Shown here: positions 17,260 through 25,854 of the stretch, piece after piece
Layout of the letters: each line of letters starts with the position of its first letter
Numbering within the stretch: position 1 is the first letter of the stretch
DNA from: a virus
Taxonomy: Duplodnaviria; Caudoviricetes
Reading direction: 5' to 3' (one strand)
DNA: 64,000 nucleotides
IMG/VR virus record: IMGVR_UViG_3300042307_000844
The notes under the pieces: generated by a model
What the model was told of the DNA's origin: nothing
Database searches by the model: none
What the model saw: only the letters and a program-made list of their open reading frames with translations
Position numbers and translations under genes: made by a program

Positions 17260-17324
17260 GAACAATAACAAATGAATAAGTGATCGCTCTCGCTTTCTAT
17301 AATTGCAGATGAAGGATTGCTCAT
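17199..17324 (-). pseudogene. 5' remnant of the gene disrupted by the tnpB element
   Basis: MSNPSSAIIESESDHLFICYCSFVNHLKG, then element-derived ELPMGKTQRLQS*; ATGA-coupled to the upstream gene. Confidence 0.85.
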
Positions 17325-18010
17325 AATTCTATTGTTTCTATGTGAATATTGTTTTCAAAAAGCGGTTGGAAATGACTCCAATTTTTATGAAATTGATTTA
17401 GACCAGAATTGTCAAATAAACCCACTTGATATCTAATACCTTTCAATGGGAATGTGTCCCTATTGATATTTTGGAACTCAATTGGAGGAGATTTACCATC
17501 AAAACGAATATCGATATTTTCATCATATTGTCTCCGCACCATCTCACATAATTGTCGGTTGGAAGAAAAATGGATAACATTTTTACCGTTGAAAGCTTCC
17601 CAAGCAGCCAGCGTCAACAAGAAAATGGATACACCTTTTCGTCTGGTAAAGGTGAGATAATTATACCCTTCAATATAACCACGAAACATCGTTTTTTGAT
17701 CATAATTGATCGGATATCCATTAAAATTCTCAAAGAACTTATAGAATTCCCCCGTGGGATTAGGATTATTAGGCTTTGGTGTATAGAACTCCCCAAGATA
17801 TACCGATCCTTCATACGGATTATCATTATTCCATGCCAGAAACAGCATATGAGATATCCTTCGCACGTTATCCCAATCCTTTGGTTGTTTTTCCGCTGGA
17901 TAGAATTTCTCAGAGATTTTAGACACTTCGGAGACGAATCGCAATTCCTCCCCCATTACCTTATTGGGGTTGTGTTTCTCGTTGATGTGTTGTATTTCGT
18001 ATAATTTCAT
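17321..18010 (-). CDS. Hypothetical protein with degenerate P-loop-like C-terminal half
   Basis: 'TRRKGVSIFLL...GKNVIHFS'. Confidence 0.55.
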   Translation of the reverse strand: MKLYEIQHINEKHNPNKVMGEELRFVSEVSKISEKFYPAEKQPKDWDNVRRISHMLFLAWNNDNPYEGSVYLGEFYTPKPNNPNPTGEFYKFFENFNGYPINYDQKTMFRGYIEGYNYLTFTRRKGVSIFLLTLAAWEAFNGKNVIHFSSNRQLCEMVRRQYDENIDIRFDGKSPPIEFQNINRDTFPLKGIRYQVGLFDNSGLNQFHKNWSHFQPLFENNIHIETIEL

Positions 18011-18012
18011 TA

Positions 18013-18495
18013 TTATTCAGGATTTCCAAAGTTAATTTCTCGTTTCTCCCCACAAGCATCAAACCAATGATGATTTTTGGGTTTCAGATATTTATAGAAT
18101 GCTCCTTGAGGGCGCATCTTCCGCTTTCTAGCACAATACAGAAGACAACCATCGTCTCCCGCATCATTCAGAGATTGTTCCAACAGATTCCATTCATCAA
18201 GCTCCTCACAATCACCGCAAGCCCACCAGAAAAAGTCATTGCAATTGATGAAGCACTTCACTTCCCCATCTTTCAATGTGAGATAACGATAATCTTCCAC
18301 TTTCTCCAGTAGAGTTCTCTGATTATCTTCCAGAGAGTAGAACCATTTTTCAAATGCTATGGTATTGTCTATGATTTTTGACAGACAAGCGTTCCACCCC
18401 TCTTGCCATTCGGTTCTTTCGGTAATAATCCCATCCTTTGTGGTTGATTTGGGATATCCGCCGATGCTATCCAGTGCTGTTTCGTAAAAGTTCAT
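18013..18495 (-). CDS. Hypothetical protein
   Basis: Packed ORF. Confidence 0.6.
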   Translation of the reverse strand: MNFYETALDSIGGYPKSTTKDGIITERTEWQEGWNACLSKIIDNTIAFEKWFYSLEDNQRTLLEKVEDYRYLTLKDGEVKCFINCNDFFWWACGDCEELDEWNLLEQSLNDAGDDGCLLYCARKRKMRPQGAFYKYLKPKNHHWFDACGEKREINFGNPE

Positions 18496-19352
18496 ATTTC
18501 AGTTAAGGTTTCACTAAATTTCAAAAATTCCTTGGTGATTTTGCCTCCCGATGCCCATTCGCCCCCACCACCATCACAAAGAGTAGCAGCCATTTTAGCA
18601 ATGTCAACCTCCGACCCCTTGTATCTCCTAAAAGAAATGAATTGTGTATCCGCATTCATCACGATAACCACATCTCCATGATAAGAATCCATAATAGCAC
18701 CCGCTATTTCATTTACGGAGAACTTGGATATGGTCGAAATAACCTTGAATTCCTCCCATTCACCAAAATATAGAGTGATTTCTTCCAATTCCTTTTCCAA
18801 TTCTTTAAAAAATCCATCTGCCAATTTGACTTCTGATGCCGTGAACCCATCAAAACCGTTCCAGAACCTATTTACAAAATTAATGAAACGGTTTCCACCG
18901 GATTTCCTATACAATGCATTCAAATACTTGGTTTCTTCGTGTTTTAGATCATAAGAATTATAATCATCCACATAAAGGAAGAATTTCTTCAAATTCTTGG
19001 TAAATTCCACCTTTTCTTTGAATTTTTTATATAACATCTTGGTGCAAGATGAGCATTCTTCCTGAATCATGGTGGAATCCCACGTTTTGAAGTCTTCAGG
19101 ACGGTCTGAAACGAACACCACACGATGGTCATCAATCTTTTTGATAAGATTTTGATCTAGAACCATGCCGACGATGAAGATTTTATCATAGTCCTCTGCG
19201 TTTTCCTTAGCCCATGGTAGGTATTGCTCTTCAAATTTGCCGAAGAAGCAGTGACGATACTCAAAATTTTTGAAAATGTTCCCCAATAGAATTGTTGATC
19301 CAATTCCATCCAAATCAGAGTTGACCCAAGCAAAAACACGCGACATATTCAT
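18492..19352 (-). CDS. DHH/DHHA1-family phosphoesterase-like protein (degenerate motifs)
   Basis: 'NSDLDG', 'SDRP' at the DHH position, and 'GGGEWASG' in place of GGGH. The start is probably the second ATG (19346). Confidence 0.7.
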   Translation of the reverse strand: MNMSRVFAWVNSDLDGIGSTILLGNIFKNFEYRHCFFGKFEEQYLPWAKENAEDYDKIFIVGMVLDQNLIKKIDDHRVVFVSDRPEDFKTWDSTMIQEECSSCTKMLYKKFKEKVEFTKNLKKFFLYVDDYNSYDLKHEETKYLNALYRKSGGNRFINFVNRFWNGFDGFTASEVKLADGFFKELEKELEEITLYFGEWEEFKVISTISKFSVNEIAGAIMDSYHGDVVIVMNADTQFISFRRYKGSEVDIAKMAATLCDGGGGEWASGGKITKEFLKFSETLTEI

Positions 19353-19375
19353 AATTAATAATTTTTATGGGTTTG

Positions 19376-20692
19376 TCAAGACGACAATTTTTGCAGCAAG
19401 TCCAATTCATCATCATCCATAATTTCTTCCTCGTCGTCCTCCGATTGGTAAATGGAGAGCGTGGAGTAATCAATTCTCATGGCTTGAACCATACCACGAG
19501 GACCAAATCTATTTTTCATCATTCCCAATCGAATCACTGCCATTTCTTGGTCTTCTTCGTTCTGGAAGATGGAAACGATACAGTCCGCAGTCATAACAAT
19601 TGCCAAGGACTCCGCAATTCCCGACATATCGGGGTTATTTTGACCCACGGCAGACCTATTCAATTGGGCAGCACTGATAAATGGGCATTTGAACACGTAA
19701 GATAGGGCGCGGACTTGCTCACAAATCTTCTTACCCTGTTCATAACTATTACTACCCGCAGCAGTAAGCAAAGTAAGGTAATCTACCACCACAGCATCGA
19801 TTCTGACACCAGAATCCTTCATTTTCTTGATGAAAGCTCCCAATTGCTTTGGTGTAATCGTGGATGGGGGGAATTCCTTAATATAAATCCTACCATCGGT
19901 GTTCTTATGCTCCTCTTCCAGAGCATGACGGAGCGTGGGAATACAATTGCGGAACTCCTTCATGGGAATCTTTGTCACATTGGACGCGATTCTCTTGGCA
20001 TAGAGCGTTTCGCTCATCTCCAGAGTCACCACAAGCACATGCTTACCCTGTGATGCCATGTTTGCTGCCACATTACCAAGGAAGATACTCTTACCAATGT
20101 TGGATTGTCCCGCGAATACATACAGAGCCTTACCAGCTTCCGTGAAACCACCATCCAAAGCTTGATCCAACCATTGCCATTTGGAAGAGATCATAGTCTC
20201 ATCACTCAAAATGTCCTCAATGATCTTCTCCGTATCCCCATAAAGCTCAATACCCGTATCAACATTGAGATTGATACCCGCAATCTTTTCAAATTTCTCA
20301 ACAATCTTGGAAGTATCCACTTCTCCTTCCGATATTTCTTCCGCTGACTCCAAAATGGAATGATACATCCCCCGTTCCTTGAGAAATCTTTCCGTATTCT
20401 CCCACAATTCATCTTCATTGTGATTGGAATCTATCTCTTTAAAGGACTCGATTAACTTCTTAAAGTTGGTCTTGAGTTCATCTGTAGTGAGGTAGGTCTT
20501 AACTTCTGAAAATGTGGGGAGAGATTGTCGCTTATCATAGAAATCCGCGACAATATCAAAATATTTCGCAATATTCTTATCCGTGAAATATTTTGGCTGG
20601 ACGTAATCTGCGATGGAAGCTAGGTAAGCTCCATTCGTGATCGCGTTCTTTACCAGAACCTTTTCAAAATAATCAAAATCAATTTCACTCAT
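19376..20692 (-). CDS. gp41: Replicative DnaB-like helicase (T4 gp41-like)
   Basis: Walker A 'AGQSNIGKS', 'TLEMSE', 'VDYL', 'AQLNR', and 'KNRFG'. Confidence 0.95.
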   Translation of the reverse strand: MSEIDFDYFEKVLVKNAITNGAYLASIADYVQPKYFTDKNIAKYFDIVADFYDKRQSLPTFSEVKTYLTTDELKTNFKKLIESFKEIDSNHNEDELWENTERFLKERGMYHSILESAEEISEGEVDTSKIVEKFEKIAGINLNVDTGIELYGDTEKIIEDILSDETMISSKWQWLDQALDGGFTEAGKALYVFAGQSNIGKSIFLGNVAANMASQGKHVLVVTLEMSETLYAKRIASNVTKIPMKEFRNCIPTLRHALEEEHKNTDGRIYIKEFPPSTITPKQLGAFIKKMKDSGVRIDAVVVDYLTLLTAAGSNSYEQGKKICEQVRALSYVFKCPFISAAQLNRSAVGQNNPDMSGIAESLAIVMTADCIVSIFQNEEDQEMAVIRLGMMKNRFGPRGMVQAMRIDYSTLSIYQSEDDEEEIMDDDELDLLQKLSS

Positions 20693-20988
20693 TACCAATT
20701 TTCAAAATTATTATAAAAATCCCACCTTTGTTTAGCACGTTTTGGTAAACAATTAGAGCAATATGTAACATTGCGTCGTCCATCTTTGATGTAAGGTTTC
20801 GGTAACTGTTCGTTTGATAGTGTTACTGAAAAATCTGCCCTCCCACCACATCGCACACAATCCCAATATAGTCTAGCTATTCCCATGATATCACCAATAT
20901 CTGTGATATCAACATTTACCTTTTCCTTCATTTTGGTATTTGTATATAAATCTACTAACTGATCAATTTTTTCTTCTATTTCACTCAT
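20692..20988 (-). CDS. Hypothetical protein with CxxC pairs
   Basis: 'CVRC' and 'CSNC'; shares its MSEI start with gp41. Confidence 0.6.
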   Translation of the reverse strand: MSEIEEKIDQLVDLYTNTKMKEKVNVDITDIGDIMGIARLYWDCVRCGGRADFSVTLSNEQLPKPYIKDGRRNVTYCSNCLPKRAKQRWDFYNNFENW

Positions 20989-21181
20989 ATTTTTTCATTT
21001 TTTTGGTTCTGTTAGGGTTTTCAACAGGCATTAGAAATCCACACTCATCACACTTCCTCACATAATCCCACCTATAATTAAGTTGAGGTAAGCGCACGGA
21101 ATGGACTTCCCCAAAAGTTCCGTTACACCATTTAGTCGCGCCGTTACCTTCAACTGTTCGCATGTCTGGATGCCCGTTCAT
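20981..21181 (-). CDS. Hypothetical protein
   Basis: 'CDEC' in a packed ORF. Confidence 0.5.
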   Translation of the reverse strand: MNGHPDMRTVEGNGATKWCNGTFGEVHSVRLPQLNYRWDYVRKCDECGFLMPVENPNRTKKMKKYE

Positions 21182-21189
21182 CTCTGTTT

Positions 21190-21666
21190 CTACCCATCAT
21201 TATGTGTTAATACCACCCACTTATCCCCATCCTTGATGATACCACATTTTTCTGTCTGTCCTTTGAATTTACCATCCACCATCAACCAATTACATTTCAC
21301 ACCCGCCGAATAAGCAAGCGCAAATCTTTCATCCTCCGTCAAATCTTCCGCTTTTTGCTTGGTTGATACTGATTTAAGATTATCGGAAATCCAATTATTA
21401 TAAATATTCAACGTGTTTTGAAAGTCATTCTCATTATCCAACTGCCATTTTTTACAAAAATCTGGTGCGTCAGCGGAGAATTGAACTCCGATACCCGCCT
21501 TAATAGGGAACCTATTCCTTTCGGACTCCGTGATGTTCTCATCACTCGTTTCGCGCTCTACCATTGAGCTACTGACACTTTGTTCATCAAACATATTGTA
21601 AAAATGGTCATTGTCCTTGACATACATCATCTCATAGTGTTCATTAAATTTAATTTTATTTTCCAT
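21190..21666 (-). CDS. Hypothetical protein
   Basis: Packed ORF. Confidence 0.6.
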   Translation of the reverse strand: MENKIKFNEHYEMMYVKDNDHFYNMFDEQSVSSSMVERETSDENITESERNRFPIKAGIGVQFSADAPDFCKKWQLDNENDFQNTLNIYNNWISDNLKSVSTKQKAEDLTEDERFALAYSAGVKCNWLMVDGKFKGQTEKCGIIKDGDKWVVLTHNDG

Positions 21667-21835
21667 ATTTTTCTAATTCTTTTCTCTTACAAGCATGATG
21701 ATAACTCTCAAATGTTTCATACGACACATCTGAATCAGGCGTGACCATAATGTGTGTAGCTAACCCCAATTCTAATGAATCGTATGACATGAAACGCCCA
21801 CAGATATCACATTTAATCGAATTTTTATTTTCCAT
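21656..21835 (-). CDS. 59-aa hypothetical protein (below the ORF-track cutoff)
   Basis: MENKNSIKCDICGRF...HACKRKELEKYGK*, translated by hand; it overlaps both neighbours. Confidence 0.55.
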   Translation of the reverse strand: MENKNSIKCDICGRFMSYDSLELGLATHIMVTPDSDVSYETFESYHHACKRKELEKYGK

Positions 21836-22505
21836 ATGTCTGAATATAATATGACTCCCCAGCTTTCCAATCCTCTGTAAATTCTCTCAGACCGGGAGAC
21901 TCGTGAGTTATCATAACATCCCCCACCCCGATTTTCAAGCCCTTTTCTAAAATTGATGCGATCATGCAAAGGTCATAAAAATGGAACTTCGATGGACAAT
22001 CCTCATCAAATCGCACTTTCTCAATCGCTTTCCGATTAAATGCCATGAAAACACCATCAATCATCACTACCCTTTGGGGATAGGAACCAAAGCTGGTCAT
22101 GTATTTCTTATCAGCGTTCCCATGAGCTACTGCACCATGTAGATTACCACCTTCCCACCCACCACCCATGATGTGCCAGAGCGCGGGAGACTTGATTTCG
22201 GCTTGAGAACATCCTGCAACACCGACAATATCAAATTCCTGAAATAGTTTCTCCAGCTTTGGACGGGGATCGTGTTCCAGATGGACATCATCGTGGATGA
22301 ACATGACGTATTCAAAGTTCTCTTTGATGGCTAGGTCTAGAAATTCGTTGTAAACCTTGGCAAGTCCTTGGCGATTGTTGAATTTTGGGTGTATGAATTC
22401 ATCCAGATTCAATTCCAATGCTGTTTGGGCTAAGGGAAAGTGCCAATTATTGCCTTTGGTTGCCGTGAAAATGGCGATATTGGATGATACATTAGGATTT
22501 TCCAT
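21825..22505 (-). CDS. Glycosyltransferase (GT-A, family 2-like)
   Basis: 'QGLAKVYN', 'FIHDDV', 'IVGVAG', 'IDGVFM', and 'FHFYDL'. Confidence 0.8.
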   Translation of the reverse strand: MENPNVSSNIAIFTATKGNNWHFPLAQTALELNLDEFIHPKFNNRQGLAKVYNEFLDLAIKENFEYVMFIHDDVHLEHDPRPKLEKLFQEFDIVGVAGCSQAEIKSPALWHIMGGGWEGGNLHGAVAHGNADKKYMTSFGSYPQRVVMIDGVFMAFNRKAIEKVRFDEDCPSKFHFYDLCMIASILEKGLKIGVGDVMITHESPGLREFTEDWKAGESYYIQTYGK

Positions 22506-22510
22506 GAATT

Positions 22511-22538
22511 ACCTTAACATGTCTTATCGGGAAGTCAA
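22511..22538 (-). promoter_or_regulatory. Early promoter TTGACT-N16-TAAGGT, 5 nt before ATG
   Basis: Extended -10 (TGtTAAGGT); the last 11 nt are identical to the promoter at 39018. Confidence 0.65.
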
Positions 22539-23255
22539 CTTTGTTCTCCCACCTCTAAGCATGTTACTAGGTTCGTAATCCTTGGATGTCATGGCGGCAG
22601 TCAAAGGATTATCACTATTCTCATCCCCTGTCCAGACCGGATCAACCCAAACATATTGACCATCATCTCGCATCATCACATTATCTCCATGCAAATCAGG
22701 ATTTAAATCAGGCAAATCCCTACGGAGCAGATACCATCCTTCCAGCAGATTATAAACAGCTTTTGGTAAAGATTTGACTTTTGAAGATAGCTTCATGAAT
22801 TGCGTTCTATCTTGTATTAATTTTGGATTTTCTTTCAAATGGAAATATAGCATCAAATTATTATCTATTAACCCCAACACATTAACAGGTGTTGGTTTAA
22901 GTCTTTCAATTCTCGCTAAATATTGCTTTGCTTCGTCCTTGTATCGTGTGAATTGCGGGACTACTCTTTGTGGTTTGCCGAAGAATTTGGGGAAGGATGG
23001 GTGAGGATTATCGTGAGCATATCTAGCGAATTTTAAGTAAGGATCATCCCAAGAGAAAACTTTTAGAACATACGGCCACTTGGGATGGGAATACACGATA
23101 CCAAACGAACCGGAACCGATGACCTCCCCCCCTGATGCCTCAAATTCTGCAATAAGTTCATCATAGTCCTTATCTGAATTTTCAGGATTTAACATGAATT
23201 CGGTGACAGTATCAAACGCTTCTTTGATTAGGTAAAACTCTGAAAAGGAAATCAT
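22524..23255 (-). CDS. Protein kinase-like (Ser/Thr kinase/APH fold) late protein
   Basis: Gly loop 'GSGSFGIVY', 'VLKV', catalytic 'DLHGDNVM', and 'VDP'; late TAAATA at 23261-23266. Confidence 0.8.
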   Translation of the reverse strand: MISFSEFYLIKEAFDTVTEFMLNPENSDKDYDELIAEFEASGGEVIGSGSFGIVYSHPKWPYVLKVFSWDDPYLKFARYAHDNPHPSFPKFFGKPQRVVPQFTRYKDEAKQYLARIERLKPTPVNVLGLIDNNLMLYFHLKENPKLIQDRTQFMKLSSKVKSLPKAVYNLLEGWYLLRRDLPDLNPDLHGDNVMMRDDGQYVWVDPVWTGDENSDNPLTAAMTSKDYEPSNMLRGGRTKLTSR

Positions 23256-23279
23256 GATATTATTTAGTTAAATATCAAT
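23256..23279. promoter_or_regulatory. Back-to-back late promoters
   Basis: TAAATA on minus (23261-66) and on plus (23269-74), each 5 nt from an ATG. Confidence 0.75.
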
Positions 23280-23705
23280 ATGCTGGAAGATTTGCAACAA
23301 TTATACGAGGAGATTTTAGAAGAAGGTCGTGTATCAAAACACCAATTTTCAGAAATGACGCTTAAAGAAGCGTATCAAATTTGTTATAATGTTTTCAAAC
23401 AATTGGGAGAATCCACTGCTGCAACTTTTAATGTGATGAATTACATCTATCAAAATTTGCCAAATTCGATCAAAACACCAGAAGTTGAAGAAGAAAAAAG
23501 AAAAAATTTCGGAGCATATTTAAGACCGTTTGTGATTGATCTTGTCAACAATAATATAAAAAATATTGATATCGACGAATTAAAAATGAAAATGGTAGAT
23601 AAACAAATGATACGAGATTATATTAATCGCCCTCCAACTGGTAGTAGAAGAAAGGGGATAGTCAATCAAATGAATAGACCCCAAAATAAACAATTACCTA
23701 TTTAA
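23280..23705 (+). CDS. Hypothetical late protein
   Basis: Late promoter; N-terminus 'DLQQLYEEILEE'. Confidence 0.7.
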   Translation: MLEDLQQLYEEILEEGRVSKHQFSEMTLKEAYQICYNVFKQLGESTAATFNVMNYIYQNLPNSIKTPEVEEEKRKNFGAYLRPFVIDLVNNNIKNIDIDELKMKMVDKQMIRDYINRPPTGSRRKGIVNQMNRPQNKQLPI

Positions 23706-23717
23706 CTAAATATAATT

Positions 23718-25130
23718 ATGAGAAATTACGGATTTGATTACTTGGTGGAAAAGGTTCAAGTTTTGTCTGAGATGGCGAAAACTTCCTCAACAAGACCGGA
23801 AAAAAATAAAGAGGTTGCAAACTTTATCAATGTGATTCGACCAGAAATTGGAAAAAAACTGTTTGAAAAATGGAAAGTTCCTGCAAATGTTAAGTTGTTG
23901 AATGATTATGTAACGGAAGCATTATATGAGAAGATTTTTAAAACAACTTTTCAATATACAAGTGTTAATCAATACATTGCAAAGTTGTGGGAAAAATCTC
24001 CTGAATTACAGGATGATTATCTCGATTTCATTGGAACGGGATCAAATGATAGTAATAAACGATCCAAATGGATTATCTCATACTTGGCAAATAAAAAACC
24101 CAATCTTGCAACTTCCGAAGAATTCTTCAACCAAGTAACCAGTCCTGAATATATTGAAAAATATAAACAAATACTTGAAGATAGATTAGAATTTAAAAAC
24201 AGAGCAAAAGGATATGCTACCAGTATTCAAACGAAATATTCCATGTCTGCTAATGATTTTGCAACCATGAAGGGTGAGGTTTGGCCGATTATTACTAAAA
24301 TCAATAGAAGAAGCAAAACTTTACTACCTCCCGGAACACTACAAACTCTTCGCAACAAAGAGAGAATCGTGATTGACACAAGCAATAAAGCAACTTCCGA
24401 AGATTTAAAACCTTTGGATGCGTTTATCGAAACTTTAATAGGCTTACGGGATGATCAAGAATTAGTTGAGTATTACAACGTAGATGTTAAGGGATTGAGT
24501 GGGATCATTAAAACTTTGGAAGATAGATTATCAAATAATAAACCAGTCTCCAAGGAGAAACTTTATGATGCTTTTATCAATAAATTTCCCGCAGAAATAA
24601 GCGAATATGTTGCGGATGAATATGAACGTGATCTGGAATCCCGTAAAACAAAAGGAGTATCTGAAGAAATGATAGATGACAAACGGAAAGCTGTTGAAGA
24701 TATTCTTGACATATATACTCCAGATTTTCTTAAAAGCGTTGCAACCAAGGGTATTATAACGGAACCGGAAATTGAAATAGTTCTCAAATGGAAAGAATTG
24801 ATAAAATCTTCCGATGCTTTGGAAAAACAAGAAGTTTCCGCTGGTAGAAAAGCGGCAGGATTTAGTTCGGCAGAGATTGATACATCCGGTAATTTCTCTG
24901 ATGTTGGAAAAGCTGCTGATAAAAGATTTTACGCTAAAGAAAAAGAAAGCCCAACTCAAAAACCAAAAAAACCTCGTAAACAAAAGCAAGAGGATGAAGA
25001 AAACGGTGTTATGGGTTATTTCTCCGAGCAAGTTAGAAAAGATAGTCTTCTAAACAATATTGGAGAGTTTAAAGAACGCGGATTTAAGAAGCCAGTGAAT
25101 TATCACCACTGGTTAAGCTTAAATGATTGA
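23718..25130 (+). CDS. Hypothetical late protein (470 aa)
   Basis: TAAATA (23707-12) + 5 nt + ATG. Confidence 0.75.
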   Translation: MRNYGFDYLVEKVQVLSEMAKTSSTRPEKNKEVANFINVIRPEIGKKLFEKWKVPANVKLLNDYVTEALYEKIFKTTFQYTSVNQYIAKLWEKSPELQDDYLDFIGTGSNDSNKRSKWIISYLANKKPNLATSEEFFNQVTSPEYIEKYKQILEDRLEFKNRAKGYATSIQTKYSMSANDFATMKGEVWPIITKINRRSKTLLPPGTLQTLRNKERIVIDTSNKATSEDLKPLDAFIETLIGLRDDQELVEYYNVDVKGLSGIIKTLEDRLSNNKPVSKEKLYDAFINKFPAEISEYVADEYERDLESRKTKGVSEEMIDDKRKAVEDILDIYTPDFLKSVATKGIITEPEIEIVLKWKELIKSSDALEKQEVSAGRKAAGFSSAEIDTSGNFSDVGKAADKRFYAKEKESPTQKPKKPRKQKQEDEENGVMGYFSEQVRKDSLLNNIGEFKERGFKKPVNYHHWLSLND

Positions 25131-25854
25131 TCAACCGATCTCTTCCAGCTTCATAAAACTTCACATCTTTTTCAATACCAATATATTTTCTATTGGTATT
25201 TAAAGTTGCGATACCACATGAGTTGGAACCATAACAAAAATCTAATACCAATTCGCCTTCATTGGAATATGTGTTAATCAAGTATTCCAACAATGCTACT
25301 GGTTTTTGAGTTGGATGTATCTTACCTTTATTCTTTTCCCAAAATCCCTCTAAAATGGTTTCAGGATTTTTATGGGTGTATTCCCGATATTCCCCATCAT
25401 TTTTTCCAATAAAAAAAGTATTATCTTTTTTATAGAGTTTTCGTTTGATGGGTTTATCACGTTTTACCATAACGGGGTAATAATTAAGATTGGGATTACC
25501 GAATACCAAAATATTCTCATGTCTCACCATGGGCTTATACTTGGCGGTTTGCATTCCCCGTGAAATATGCTTATCCCAAATCCATTCACATTTATATTCT
25601 TCCAAATTTGAATGAATCAACTTAGAAGTGAATGGTTGTTGAGAAAACAACACGGTGGGAGTTTTATCTTTCCTAATTCTTTTCAACTCTTCCCACATTT
25701 GATTCAGATCAATGATTGAATCCCATGAAGTTGCATACTTCATTTTCTCATATGGTGGATCAGCTAGAATCAAATCAACGGAATTGCTTGGAAGCTTTTT
25801 GAGGACTTCCAAGCAATCTCCATGAAACAGGTGAATACCTTTTTCAATCTGCAT
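25084..25854 (-). CDS. N6-adenine/N4-cytosine DNA methyltransferase
   Basis: 'GDCLEVL', 'DPPY', 'HPTQKP', and 'VLDFCYGS'. Confidence 0.92.
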   Translation of the reverse strand: MQIEKGIHLFHGDCLEVLKKLPSNSVDLILADPPYEKMKYATSWDSIIDLNQMWEELKRIRKDKTPTVLFSQQPFTSKLIHSNLEEYKCEWIWDKHISRGMQTAKYKPMVRHENILVFGNPNLNYYPVMVKRDKPIKRKLYKKDNTFFIGKNDGEYREYTHKNPETILEGFWEKNKGKIHPTQKPVALLEYLINTYSNEGELVLDFCYGSNSCGIATLNTNRKYIGIEKDVKFYEAGRDRLINHLSLTSGDNSLAS

